Positions 15,361-29,630 are shown, counted from the stretch's first letter. The stretch is DNA of 64,000 nt from Octopus vulgaris (GCA_951406725.2 OX597818.1:41416001-41480000); one strand, 5' to 3'. The notes: generated from the letters alone by a model not told the origin. Translations and numbers: made by a program.

Positions 15361-16003
15361 AATGAACCTACAAGAAAATAGCAGCTAGATCTTCCTCAAA
15401 TCACTTTCTATCACCTTTAATAAAAGAAAGTCATCGAATTTTATAGTCCAGAATAGACTAGGCCTGTACAAATAGAGGCAGGAGATCATGGCTGCAATGC
15501 TTTTAATCATACGCCTCCTAGATAAAGGTTGACCCGGAGTTAAACAAGACATCGATGACGATAACAATATGGCAATTGCTAATACGATATTTGGTTGGGC
15601 AATATTTTGCAGTTTTATTGTTTGTCCTATTGATATATGCACCTACATGTGCATTTTGACACTGCTGCATTTGTACGTATCATTTGTTATGTAAATCGTC
15701 AATAAGATTTTCTCACTTGCAATAAATACATAACCAGATAAGATCTCCACTTTTATGATGCGTGTGTATGTGTAGTGGCGCGTATATGTATGTGTGTGTA
15801 CGATACAGGCGCACCACAATAGATTCGCATCTATGTATGTATGCGTGTGTGTGTATGTATATATATATATATATACGCGCATACTTACAAATTTATACAG
15901 GTAGGAAGATCGTTAGAATCTAAATAAACTTGCAAGCAGAGAAGTATGCATGTACATATATTTAGATGCGTAGAAACAGATGAAGCATACGTACAAACAC
16001 ACG

Positions 16004-16077
<74 letters not shown>

Positions 16078-16455
16078 CATATACACATTGATGTTTATGT
16101 GTGAATATATACATACACAAATATACATACATATGTGTACATATATTTATATATATATGTATATATATACACACACATACACATACACACTCACACATCT
16201 ATTCGCACATAAACCTCGATGACGTGTCAATACTTGGTTCATTAGACGAAAATCGAACTATAAACGCGCTGCTCGTGGCACTGAAGCAAAGAGCGGGTGT
16301 AAAAACGATGCTATAAAAATAGAAGAGTTACAATTAATAGTCGTGTTGGCATCGAACGGCCATACAGGGAGAGAGGAGGGAGGAACGGGAGAGGAGGTGA
16401 GAGAGCTGGCATCGAACGGTCATACAGGGAGAGAGTATACAGAGGGAGTAAGAGT

Positions 16456-16492
<37 letters not shown>

Positions 16493-17175
16493 GTGAGAGA
16501 GAGAGTGAGAGAATACTGAAGTGAGAGGGAGAGAGAGAATACTGAAGTGAGAGGGAGAGGCAGAGACAGAGCTGACAAAGGAAGAAAGAGCTGACAGGGA
16601 AAGCATGAGAGAGGGAGAGAGGAGGAGGGAAAGTGAGAGGGAACATAGAAAGAGAGATTGAGAGTGTTGAAAAGAGAGAGAGAGGGAGAGAGGGAGAGAG
16701 AGCTGGCAGAGCGTGAGAGAGAGAGCCGAGAGAGAGATGGGGGAGAGAGAAAAAGATAGAAAGACGGAGAGAGAAAGAAGGTTTGAAAATGCAATTTTAA
16801 AGATGTTTATTCACTTGACCGGTTTCACTTTTTTAGAAAAAGATTGACAGAAGTAAAATGTAAAGCTTTGTATAAGCTTTGTTGTGTTAAGTACTGGTTG
16901 TCACAAAAGTATTAAAATACATAAATACATTCTTTGATAATAAGAAAATGTTAAAAACAGTTTACAAGGAAATATCTGACAAAATATTAGACAAAAAGTT
17001 CAATAAAAATATTAGTTCATTAAAAATCATGTTTGTTTGGAGGTATCCATATACATACACAGAAAAGTATTAGGAGTTTTAAAAAAGTCATATTTGATAT
17101 AGAAGGAGATATATTTTGGAGTTTACAAAGAATTTGAGATGAACTGACCTGCTAAAACAGGTCAGTTCATCTCAA

Positions 17176-17600
17176 GGATTTGGTCAGCTAAGGCTATAGC
17201 AGAAGATACTTGCCCAAGGTGCTACCCAGTAGGACTGAACCCGAAACCATGTGGTTCGTAAGCAAGCTACTTACCACACAGCCACTCCTACGCCCTATAT
17301 AGTCGAGCAAATCTACTCCATGACTTATTCTTTGTAAGACTAGCACTTATTCTATCGGTCTCTTTTGTCGAACCGCTAAGTCACGGGGGACGTGAACACA
17401 CCAGCATCGGTTCTCAAGCGATGTTGGGGGGACAAACATAGACACACAAACATATACATATATACGACGGGCTTCTTTCAGTTTCCGTCTACCAAATCCA
17501 CTCACAAGGCTTTGGTCGGCCCGAGGCTATAATAGAAGACACTTGCCCAAGGTGCCACGCAGAACTCGGAACCATGTGATTCGTAAGCAAGCTACTTACT
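17176..17600 (-). mobile_element. Two stacked SINE family A pieces
   Basis: A head fragment (17176-17295) plus a near-full copy (17300-17600). Confidence 0.8.
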
Positions 17601-17624
17601 ACACTGCATATATATATATATATA

Positions 17625-17900
17625 TACAAACGATGGACTCTCCCGTCGAAGATGACGTATGAGCGTTCAGCTTTTGCCGAACGACCTGCACAAATGATTC
17701 GCTTATAATGATCAGATGCTTGTGCTCGCTCATGCTCATTAGCTCACTCTCGCTATCAAATCGAAGTTGTCTGAACAGGCGCACGGTGTGCCAAGCGCCA
17801 GGTGTCGAAGTGATCGCGAAGCAACGTGAGATAAAGTGTTTTGCTCAAGAACACAATGTACCACCCGCTCTAGGAATTGAAACTACTATCTCTCGAGCAA
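17625..17900 (-). mobile_element. Older tRNA-SINE with CORE/V-like tgtgttcttgagcaaaacactt segment
   Basis: Reverse strand reads gtttcaattcc (B-box), then tgtgttcttgagcaaaacactttatctcac; a similar segment lies at 14260-14345 (+). Confidence 0.5.
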
Positions 17901-17926
17901 CTCCCTGATCAGTAGGACGTGCGCCT

Positions 17927-17989
<63 letters not shown>

Positions 17990-18046
17990 GCACTGCTCCG
18001 CATCAGTTTGAAGGTAGAATTATATTTGGTATTTATGCAGTAACAA

Positions 18047-18656
18047 AGGCGGCGAGCCGGCAGAATCGTTGGCACATCGGGCGCAATGCTTAGCGGTATT
18101 TCGTCTGCCGTTACGTTCTGAGTTCAAATTCTGCCGAGGTCGACTTTGCCTTTCATCCTTTCGGGGTCGATTAAATAAGTACCAGTTACGCATTGGGGTC
18201 GATGTAATCGACTTAATCCGTTTGTCTATCCTTGTTTGTCCCCTCTGTGTTTAGCCCCTTGTGGGTAGTAAAGAAATAGGTATTTCGTCTGCCGTTACGT
18301 TCTGAGTTCAAATTCTGCCGAGGTCGACTTTGCTTTTCATCCTTTCGGGGTCGATTAAATAAGTACCAGTTACGCACTGGGGTCGATATAATTGATTTAA
18401 TCCGTTTGTCTGTCCTTGTTTGTCCTCTCTGTGTTTAGACCCTTGTGGGTAGTAAAGAAATAGAAATAGGTATTTCGTCTGCCGTTACGTTCTGAGTTCA
18501 AATTCCGCCGAAGTCGACTTTGCCTTTCATCCTTTCGGGGTCGATTAAATAAGTACCAGTTACGCACTGAGGTCGATATAATCGACTTAATCTGTTTGTC
18601 TGTCCTTGTTTGTCCTCTCTGTGTTTAGCCCCTTGTGGGTAGTAAAGAAATAGGTA
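18047..18656 (+). mobile_element. SINE family B (MetaSINE-like): one head plus three tandem ~185-bp body units
   Basis: Units restart at gtatttcgtctgccg at ~18096, ~18280 and ~18470; core gcctttcatcctttcggggtcgattaaataagtaccag. Confidence 0.85.
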
Positions 18657-20139
18657 TTTATGCAGTAACGTCAACGAAATCATACCGTATCCTTAGACGT
18701 TGAAATATTGATAGAATCCGTGCAAACTATACCTAGAAAAGCTTATGATTTACAAAGACATCCTCTCCATTGCTAACAACGATTTTGTAATCTTCCTTGC
18801 TTTGTTTCATTTATTTCGTTTGAAGTTTTTATACCATTTTTTGAGGGTTTATGTTTTGTTTCGATGGAGATTTCTTGAGAGAAGCTAACTTTCTTCAACT
18901 AAACAAGACTTACAACATCGGTTTTTTGCTGGTTTTCGTTTATTGTGGTTATTTTTGTGTTTGTTTGTTTTTCTGGGGGGTTTTTTCTCCTTCAATATTT
19001 AGTTCTTTGTTTTTCAAACAATTCAGGTAGTTTCCCTTTCGTTTGAAATCCAAAAACCATTTTTTGTTGTGGCTTTTGTTTTGTCTTGTTTTTTGCGATA
19101 TTTATATATTTATATTTTGCTTCAAATCTGAGAATGAATTGAAGCGAAAGTAAAAAAGATGGGGGGAAATGCCGCTATCATTCAGTAGCCAAGTAGATTT
19201 CTTTGTCTTTGAATATAACTAATCTTTCTTCCCCTTCTTTTCCTCTCTATCCCCTTTCTTTTGTCATTCCTTTCTCTCTTTTTCTCTCCTCTTCTCTCTA
19301 TCTCCTCTCTTTTGTCATTCCTTTCTCTCTCTTTCTCTCCTCCTCTCTCTATTTCCTCTCTTTTGTCATTCCTTTTTCTCTCTCTCTCTTTCTCTATTTC
19401 TCTCTTTCTTGTCCAATGTGCCATGAAATCCATGTTTTTTTTTTGTTAGTTTATATTTTTTCTCCATTTATACTTTCCTTTCCATCCGTTCTGCATTTGG
19501 TATGTAACCACTTCACATTTATCGTCTGCTTCGCTGGAGACCAACGAAAATGAGATTTCTTTACTACGTTGTTGTAGGATTAGTTCGAAGGTAGAGGTAG
19601 AATTACAGCTTCTTGCGTAGGCATGAAGTCTGAGATCTTTAGGGATACGGATAGATCCTTGACAGCGTAACATTCCTTCCAGAACTACAGAGTCCTTTAA
19701 GCAAAAAAAAATGCAAGATTTTAGGAATACAGGAAATATAAAAATTTGACGCTTATTAAATCATATGAATCTTCGAGCCAACGTGGCGGCATCTGGCTGG
19801 TCTCTCTATTTGCTGGAAATAGCAAACAAACTCTCCCTTAAACGCCACCCTACCGTCTTAAAAAATGAAAGCACATTGAACAATGTCTATACTTGATTAT
19901 TTTATGGTTTAATTTCAAATTAATTCAGCTAATGAACAAGAAAACTATTTTTGTCTACATTGCCGAGAGAGCAAAAAAAACAGGTCGGGAGAGTATGTGA
20001 TTTGAAAAAATTTTCTTGTTATTCTTAAAACTTTTGGTGGTTACAGTTAAATTATACTTCAGTGAAGAGGTTCAATAAAACCAAAACATTATCAAAGTTG
20101 TCTCCTCTTCTGCTAAATATCAGACTCGCTTCCTCATGA

Positions 20140-20335
20140 GACGGCAGAATCGTTAACTCGCTGGACAAAAATGCTTGATCTGTCTTTATGTTCTGAGTTC
20201 AAATTCTGCCGAGATCGATTTTACCTTTTATCTTTTCAGGGTCGATGAAATAAATACCAGTTGAGCACTGGGGTCAATGTAATCAACTAAACCCCTCACC
20301 CAAAATTTCAGGCCTTATGCCTATAGCAGAAATAA
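20140..20335 (+). mobile_element. SINE family B, degenerate
   Basis: Family core and tail are recognisable. Confidence 0.7.
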
Positions 20336-21079
20336 ATATTTTTGATATTTTAATTTTGGGTTGTGTTATCTCCCCTGATTTTCTTGACCAATGTTAGTCA
20401 TTGAAATTAAACCTAAGGAGGTATATTAAAAATAAACCTCTTACAAGGGAACCATTGTGAGACAGTAAACCTCTTACATCAGTCAAAAAACAATAAATCA
20501 ATACAAATGAAGCACCAAGCCTCTTACTTTAAGCAAGCTTCTTAACCACACAGACACCACAGACACGCATGTACAAAAGTAGAATGAATTCAGGTGGAGC
20601 GATTTCGTTCATAGAGCCGCAAGATTATGGATGACCTAGGGCTAAGCAACATCAACGATGAAATCAATTCAATGAGATCACTTCAACCGGAAATGAATCC
20701 GGTCCACCGAATCAGGCTGTTAAGACTTTATGGAGATTGCTGATTTCTAAGACAGGGTTGTTGACGTCTTAATTCAATATTAATTTGTTTTAAGTCTTTG
20801 AATATACAAAAATGAAATTTTGTAGAGTTTGTACCTTTTTCAATGATATTAGCGGCTGTTAGAGTAGTGCAATAACAAAAGCTAAGAGTCCTAACCAGGC
20901 TGCATAATGAGATGAAACAGGACTTCACATCTGTTCAACGTCGATTGGTTTCTGGTAGAGTTATTCACATCTTAAAGAACTGAGCTGAAAAAAAGGAAAC
21001 TAAATCTGGCACTTAGTTTCCCAAGCAGTTTGATAATGACGCATTGAATTTGTGAAGAAGGTGAGTGAATGTATCTGTC

Positions 21080-21125
<46 letters not shown>

Positions 21126-21217
21126 CAGGCAGACAGACAGACAGATAGTCAGAGCGTGAGTAGACAAGGAAGTAGAGTGTAAGAGAAGGGAAAAGAAAGG
21201 AGAATGTGGAAATAAGG

Positions 21218-21466
21218 GAAGAAGAAGAAGGAGGAGGAGAAGGAGGAGAAGAAGGAGGAGAAGGAGGAGAAGAAGAAGGAGGAGGAGGAGGAGGAGGAGA
21301 AGAAGAAGAAGAAGAAGAAGAAGAAGAAGGAGGAGGAGGAGAAGAAGAAGAAGAAGAAGAAGAAGAAGAAGAAGAAGGAGGAGGAGAAGAAGAAGAAGAA
21401 GAAGAAGAAGAAGAAGAAGAAGAAGAAGAAGAAGAAGAAGAAGAAGAAGAAGAAGAAGAAGAAGAA
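21218..21466. repeat. (GAA/GGA)n trinucleotide tract
   Basis: Read directly; explains the poly-E and poly-L ORFs. Confidence 0.95.
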
Positions 21467-21990
21467 ATGAAAGAATCAAATGAGAATATGGTTAATTAGA
21501 GAAATAGATTGATGTGGGAAGAGAGAAGACGCTGTAAGGAGGAAAACAGAAGCAATATTGATGGGTGAAAAACTATGGTCTTGCTCATTCTATTTATTAA
21601 TTACTGATTCATTAAATACCCTGAAATGAAATTAATTATCAATTACCGTTAGGATTGGTGGAGTGTTAAATCGTCGGACAAAACGCCTTATTTAGTTATG
21701 CAGCTCTATAGGTTCGTAGTTCAAATCCTGGCGAAATCTACTTTGATTCATGAGCCAGCATTCGATAAAATAAAGTATCTTTGGTGCCAACTCAATCGAT
21801 TATACCTCATAAACTACAATTTGTTGCCTTGTTCCAGTAACAGAAACCAGTTACTACTATTCGCAAAGATTTTATACATTGAATCTGCTAGATATAGCTA
21901 GAGCTGCTCGATAAGTAGCTCTACACTCCCTCATATTACGGTCTGCGTTTAACCAAAAATGAAGGACTCGATAACAAATGTGTACTTTAT

Positions 21991-22162
21991 AGGCGTAGGA
22001 GTGGCTGTGTGGTAAGTAGCTTGCTTACGAACCACATGGTTCCGGGTTCAGTTCCACTGCGTGGCACCTTGGGAAAGTGTCTTCTACTATAGCGCCGGGC
22101 CGACCAAAGCCTTGTGAGAGGATTTGGTAGACGGAAACTGAAAGAAGCCCGTCGTATATATG

Positions 22163-22239
<77 letters not shown>

Positions 22240-22465
22240 ATATGCTTATGTGTATGTGTCTGTCTCCCACCCCAACATCGCTTGACAACCGATGCTGGTG
22301 TGTTTACGTCACCGTAACTTAGAGGTTCGGCAAAAAAACCGATAGAATAAGTACTAGGTTTACAAAGAATAAGTCCTGGAGACGATTTGCTCGACTAGAG
22401 GCGGTGCTCCAGCATGGCTGCAGTCAAATGGCTGAAACAAGTAAAAGAGTAAAACAGTAAAAGAG
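21991..22465 (+). mobile_element. SINE family A, full length
   Basis: ggcgtaggagtggctgtgtgg...ggttcagttcc...gaaacaagtaaaagagtaaaa. Confidence 0.88.
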
Positions 22466-22885
22466 ATAAGCAAAAAGATGGAATGGTCATATCTGGAACG
22501 CATTTGATCATAGGTTTGTTTCATCGAGGCTGACTGATCAGGGTATAGATGACATCAACTGGTATCATTAGTGCCGTGTATTTGGATACGTAACACTGCC
22601 TAAATACCAATCTTGAGAAATGAGGCTTCTCAAAACCAGAAAGGAGAAAGCTAATTCGAAGACTACAGATCTATTCCATCACTGGAACTGTATAAAAATC
22701 TGTAAAACTTTCCAGAAGTTTATATATGAGCATGTCTAGAAATGCAACTATATGCATGAGAATAGATACATAAAACAAAACATACCCATGTCCACACACA
22801 CATACATACATACATACATACATACATACATACATACATACATACATACATACATACATACATACATACATACATACATACATAC

Positions 22886-23173
22886 AAAAATACCATGTTG
22901 TTGAGGTTGAAATTTCAATGAAGGAGCTTTGGATCTATGTTAGAAACTGGCTCTTCCTCTATTGGCAAGAAATCTTGAAATAAAACTGAACAATGACATA
23001 CATACATACATACATACATACATACATACATACATACATACATACATACATACATACATACAAAAATACCATGTTGTTGAGGTTGAAATTTCAATGAAGG
23101 AGCTTTGGATCTATGTTAGAAACTGGCTCTTCCTCTATTGGCAAGAAATCTTGAAATAAAACTGAACAATGAC
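22886..23173. repeat. Direct tandem duplication of a ~112-bp unique segment between (TACA)n tracts
   Basis: aaaaataccatgttgttgagg...ctgaacaatgac appears identical at 22886 and 23062. Confidence 0.9.
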
Positions 23174-24030
23174 ATACATACATACATACATACATACATA
23201 CATACATACATACATACATACATACATACATACATACATACACACATACATACATACATACATAGACAGATAGATCCTATTTCCCATTCAAGGAAATGGA
23301 AAGAGAGTTAGAGAGACAGAGGGAGAGAGAGATGTGTATATATCTCTGACATGAATTTCGAATAGCAAGTAGTGATGGATGTACGAAGTATCTGTTTATA
23401 AAAAAAAAATGTGTAGATGATGGAAGAAAAAATAAAGATAGATGGAAAATAAGAACAAAAGAAAGAAAGAAAGAAAGAATACCGGTTTGTTCTGAAAAAT
23501 TCTTCTCGTTTGAAGCTGAGAGGAAAGATAATTTTGGCTTCATCATAGCTAAACCAGTCGGTTCACTGTAATTATCTCAGTGTAAAGGACCGGTTCCTGT
23601 CTCCAAGACAGGGAGACTAGAAGCGTTTATGGCCGGATTTTTGCGTTCCTGGCACGATGGGAGTGAACCATATTTGCATGTTGGGTTTCTGCCAGTTGAA
23701 TCGTTGCCACGAAACATCTCCTCGGCTTTTATCTTTCTCTTCTTCTTATTATTATTATTGTTTTCATCAATTTATTGAACTTCCTCAGTCTCTTCTCTTC
23801 TTTCTTTCTCTCTCTCTCTCCTTCTTTCTCCCTCTTTATTTCTCTCTCTCTTCCTCTGTCTCTCTCTCTTTCTCTATCTCTCTCTTTATTTCAACATATA
23901 CATACACGCACAAACATATATACCTACACACATACATACATACATACATACATACATACATACATACATACATACATACATACGTATGTATGTATACGTA
24001 TGCATGCATGTATATATGTATGTATGTATG

Positions 24031-24072
<42 letters not shown>

Positions 24073-24209
24073 AGTGTATGTATGTATATATATAGCTAGA
24101 GCTATATAGGTGTGTGTACATAATATATATATATATATATATATACAGACACACACATATGACATATGGATATACAAATGACTATACCATTTACACAGAC
24201 AATATGTGT

Positions 24210-24256
<47 letters not shown>

Positions 24257-24257
24257 T

Positions 24258-24315
<58 letters not shown>

Positions 24316-24774
24316 CACGTTAATACTAAAAAAATTATTGTTAATAACATCATGAATTGGAATAATTCAGGTAGATGGTAATGTTTTCCCTGAGCAGGAA
24401 AATTCATTTTCGATAAAAATAATTCTTAACTTGCTGAAATTATTTTCCCTTTTCTTTGAGAATCAATGACAATCGCTCCTAGATTTTGTGTTCTCTTCTT
24501 TCAATTAAAAAGTAACTTCCGATTCATTGTGAAAGCCCCTACTTATATAATTGAGTTATCACCACCTACATGAATTATAATTATGAGGCTTCTCTGAAGA
24601 GACAAGTGTCGTGACATCTGGCCATGTAAAAAGACAATAATCAAGTATCTTTACTCCAGGTTACCACGACCATCTTATCAAAATCTATATTTGTATGTGT
24701 GCGTGAGTACAGATAGAAATACGGATAATCAACATATTAGATACTCTCTCTTTTTCTCATTCGACCTCAAGTTA

Positions 24775-25008
24775 CAGTTGTCAAGCGATGTTGGGGGGAC
24801 AAAACACAGACACACAATCACCCATATATATATATATATATATATATGATGGGATTCTTTTCAGTTTCCGTCTACCAAATCCACTCACAAGGCTTTGGTC
24901 GGCCCAAGGTTATAGTAGAAAACACTTGCCCAAGGTGTCACGCAGTGGGAATGAACCCAGAACCATGTGGTTGATAAGCAAGCTACTTACCACACAGCCA
25001 CTCCTGCG
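24775..25008 (-). mobile_element. SINE family A, 5' half
   Basis: Reverse-strand head and body. Confidence 0.8.
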
Positions 25009-25264
25009 ATGGCTAGATTTTTATAAGAATTTTAGGGTTTTATCTTTTATATATATATTTATAAACAGTGGCGTGTAGCTTACAAGTATGCCTTCAGCCG
25101 TCCTTGTGCTACATGTCATAGGCTCAGAGGAAGTATGAATGCAAGATGATAATTCTCTTGACTTGAAATAAGAAAGACTTTTTAAATATATTGGCTCCAC
25201 ATCGAATCGAAACCGCATTGTCTATATGGTTTGTTCTTATCACCACTGTACATTACAAGAACAG

Positions 25265-25555
25265 TGGGGGCACATGGCCAAGTGGTTAGAGCAGCGGACT
25301 CGCGGTCGAGGGATCGGGAGTTTGAATCTCAGACCGAGCGATGTGTGTGTTTATGAGCGAAACGCCTAAGCTTTACGCAGCTCCGGCGGAAGGTAACAGC
25401 GAACTTCTGCTGACTCCCTCGCTACAACATTCTCTCACACTTGCAGCTTACCTGCGACGGACCGGCTTCCCATCCAGGTGGGGAACCTATATGCCAAGGA
25501 AACCGGCCCTTATGAGCCAGGGATATCTCGAGAAGGAACAAACAAACTACAAGAA
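25265..25555 (+). mobile_element. tRNA-derived SINE family C variant
   Basis: ggcacatggcccaagtggttagagcagcggactcgcggtcgagggatcgggagtttgaatctc head; acaa-type tail. Confidence 0.75.
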
Positions 25556-25629
25556 CACAAACAGATTGCGCGATAAATAAAGAGATAACGCTAATTTCCT
25601 GATCAAATCTAGATGTCTTGCAAACAACT

Positions 25630-25945
25630 TGCGCATGCAAGTGCTACCAGTCAAAAGCTCCGTATACCGGAAGCCAGCAAGTGTATGGGGTCATCAGGAG
25701 AGAATGCGCGCCGTTTCGGAGCCTACCTCTCGAGGCATCAATGCGCACCGGCCCCCTCACTGATATGAGGCCCCGCTTGCTAGATCAGCTGGTTATTAAA
25801 ATAAGCTCAATATCCTTCTAGCCATCGCTCATCGTCTCTTTTTAACCAAATCCAGTGGCTAGCCTTCTCCACTGTAGTTTGGATATCAGTCATGGTGGTA
25901 TGGACTTTACGATGAGTTAGGCCTAGCGATAACAACAGTTGCCTC
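25630..25945 (-). mobile_element. RLE-type (HERO-like) LINE 3' remnant
   Basis: LLSLGLTHRKVHTTMTDIQTTVEKASHWIWLKRDD matches the C-terminal A.(K/R)AS.W(L/I)W.KR motif; followed by a putative 3'UTR. Confidence 0.6.
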
Positions 25946-26369
25946 ACACTGTGTAAATCTTTTCCTGTATCGTATATTGAGCTTGATAATTTACCCAGTT
26001 TCTCCACTGTAGAGCCTGTCATTTTATAAAGAGCCCGACATTCCTTGTTTTCAAACTCTTTATATTTCCCTTTCTCATTAGCAGCAGGCCACAAAACCCT
26101 CGGTTTCCTCAAGTGGCCGTTGAAACAGTCAATCGCAAAAGTAAATTTCGTTTCATTCTTCTAAATCCTGAGTTCAATTACCACCTATATTGAAATTTTA
26201 TTTCTCTGGGGTTGATGAATTAAAATATTCGAAGCCGATTCGTCACCGCTTCCTCACAGAAATTGAACCCGTATCAGTAAGGTAGCAATAGTACTTTATG
26301 AATATTTGAACACTTCTTATTCTTTATCAATACACCGAAATTATATCCCATTGAATTATTAGAAGCAAA

Positions 26370-26805
26370 AGGAGGCTGTAAGCTGACAGAACCGTTAGCG
26401 CGTCGGAGAAAATGCTTAGCAGTATTTCTACTGACACCTTAGGTTCTGAGTTCAAATTTAGCCGGAATCGACTTTACTGTTCATTCCTTTCTAGGTCGAT
26501 AAAATAAAAAGATAGTGGAGCACTTATGTCGATGTAATCGACCAGACTCCTCCTCCTAAAATTTCTGGCCTTGTACTGAATTTTGAAACCATTATCAAAG
26601 GTAGAAAAAAAGGCGTCGAGATGGCGAATCGTTAGCACACCGAACAAAATGATTAGCGGCATTTCATCCGTCTTTACGTTCTGAGTTCAAATCCCGCTGA
26701 TGTCAACTTTGCCTTTCATCTTTTCAGGGTCGATGAAATAAGTATCAATGTAATCGACTAGCTTTTGCCACCAAAACTTCAGGCTTTGTGTCTATTGTAG
26801 GAAGA
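26370..26805 (+). mobile_element. Two degenerate SINE family B copies
   Basis: Two heads and two cores in tandem. Confidence 0.7.
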
Positions 26806-27345
26806 GTTAGTAAACGAATTATTAAAAGGACGTGTATTCTTTTGATTTTTGCCTTTACTCAGATAAAATGCACACACATACGAACACACAAGCGTATAAC
26901 AATGAAAACACAAGGACGTATACATTAACACGAATACAAACATAAAAAGCATGCTGTTTGTTGTTTGCCATTCGTATAAGGATGATTAACAATAAGAAAT
27001 CTGTGGAAACCAAATCTTGGTTACCATGACAACTGGTCCAAATCCAATGGAAATGTGGGTAGCTTATGGCACCCAACTAACTTTAAAGAGACATGCATTT
27101 ATATAAACATCACACACACACACACACATCGACAAAGGTAAATTCACACATACGCGTACATATTCACATGCACACTCACACGCACACACGCATAGCCGCC
27201 TATATACGAATATACACTTACGTATACACGCAAATACAGAAATACACTGAAACATTTAAATATATATATGTGTGTGTGTGTGTGTGTGTATGTGTGTGTA
27301 TACATACACCTATATATATGTATAAAATGTAAATATACGTGTATA

Positions 27346-27381
<36 letters not shown>

Positions 27382-27518
27382 TGTATGTATGTATGTATGT
27401 ATGTATATCAATCTATATACATATGCATGTGTGTGTATACATAATGTCACTCAAGTGTGTGTGTGTATATATATACATACACCTATATATATGTATAAAA
27501 TGTAAATATACGTGTGTG

Positions 27519-27618
<100 letters not shown>

Positions 27619-27697
27619 TGTATGTATGTATGTATGTATGTATGTATATCAATCTATATACATATGCATGTGTGTGTATACATAATGTCACTCAAGG

Positions 27698-27758
<61 letters not shown>

Positions 27759-27854
27759 GCGCTCACACACACATACACGGCAGTACAAACACAGACATAC
27801 ACAAACGAACAAACAAACACATATTCAAACACATAGATGCACACACACACACAG

Positions 27855-27917
<63 letters not shown>

Positions 27918-28289
27918 ATACATGCGCAAAAACACGAGTACTCACACACAGCCATGAAAACTGCGCATTTCTTCTCTATGACGTCCAACATCGTCTTGAC
28001 GTCAACTAACACACCTCAATCACGACGAAATTCTTGATTATTCTCTTCACACTTGAAGAAAAGAAAGTGTTAGTAACAGACGGTGGGTTGTTTTTGGCTG
28101 TCTTTAGTTTTGGACATCTTGCGGAAATGCTTCTGGCTACCAACAGCATTTACCAAACTATTTAAGAACAGCTCAAAAGAAACATGAAATCGCTTAGATT
28201 TACATTCTTCCTCTTGAAAATGACGACTGCAAATTACGGCTGACGTCACAATTGTCCCTTTCTTGTTGCTTCTGCTGTGGCTGTTGAAG

Positions 28290-28680
28290 ATGATGATGAT
28301 AATGATGATGATGATGATGATGGTTGTGGTGGTGGTGGTAATGGTGGTGGTGGTGGTGGTGGTGGTGGTGGTGGTGGTGGTGGTGGTGGTAATGGTGGTA
28401 ATGGTGGTGGTAATGGTGGTGGTGGTGGTGGTGGTGGTGGTGGTGGTGGTGGTGGTGGTGGTGGTGGTGGTGGTGGTGGTGGTGGTGGTGGTGGTGGTGG
28501 TAATGGTGGTGGTAATGGTGGTGGTTGTGGTGATGGTAATGGTGGTAATGGTGGTGGTGGTGGTGGTAATGGTGGTGGTGGTGGTGGTGGTGGTAATGGT
28601 GGTGATGGTGGTGGTGGTGGTGGTGGTGGTTGTGGTGGTGGTGGTGGTTGTGGTGGTGGTTGTGGTGGTGGTTGTGGTAG
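28290..28680. repeat. (GAT)n/(GGT)n trinucleotide tract
   Basis: Read directly; explains the Gly- and Val-rich ORFs. Confidence 0.95.
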
Positions 28681-28833
28681 GAGTGACGGCGTTAGCAGTT
28701 TGATGGTGGTAGTGCTGATAGTGATGGTAGAGGGGGGTGTTTGGATTATTGTCTTCGATTGCAGAAATAGAACGGTGGTGATAGGGGTAAAAGTGGCGGC
28801 GACGATGATGGTGGTGGTGGTGGTGGTGGTGCT

Positions 28834-28888
<55 letters not shown>

Positions 28889-29055
28889 CTGATACTGTGG
28901 CTACTGGCGTTTCTATCATCTTTTGGTTTTGGCCGCCAGCAACAGAAGCTCTTTCATGCCTTTCATCCACGCACTTCCTTTGATATACTCATACACCCAC
29001 ACCACCACGACCACCACCAACACCAAAACACACACACACAAACACACACACACAT

Positions 29056-29088
<33 letters not shown>

Positions 29089-29408
29089 CACACAAACACG
29101 CACACACACGCACACACACACACACATATATATATATTTATATATATTTAGAGAGAGAGAGGGGTGAGTGGGGGGAGAGACTAACAGAGAAACAGCGACA
29201 AACAGGCAGACAGACAGACAGACAAACAAACAGACAGAATACACACACGCACACATATTTATTAAACATATCCATACAAGTATACAACCCAGAACTACAT
29301 ACATTGCAACACTCAACCTTCTAAATAAGTACTCAAATATGTGTGTGTGCGTGTGTATGTGTGTGTGTATGTGTATGTACGTGTGTATGTGTGTGTGTGC
29401 TTATATAA

Positions 29409-29443
<35 letters not shown>

Positions 29444-29482
29444 TGTATGTATGTATGTATGTATGTATGCATGTATGTATGT

Positions 29483-29630
29483 ATGGCTGTGTTGTAACAA
29501 GCTTGCTTTCCAACCACATCGTTCCGGGTTCAGTTCCACTGAACTTGGGCAAGTGTATTCTCTTTTAGCCTCGGGCCGACCAAAAGCATTGTGAGTGGAT
29601 TTAGTAGACGGAAACAGAAAGAGGGCCTGT

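Noticed and set aside
18047-18656. Regular repeat array resembling CRISPR or a back-spliced exon
   Set aside because: Units are ~185 bp with no unique spacers, in a eukaryotic context. The unit start in the parent SINE is not immediately preceded by AG, so spliceosomal back-splicing is unsupported.
24593-24620. ctgaaga-gac-aagt-gtc-gtgac hammerhead-like core
   Set aside because: GAAA is replaced by GTGA and there is no convincing stem I; at best a dead relic.
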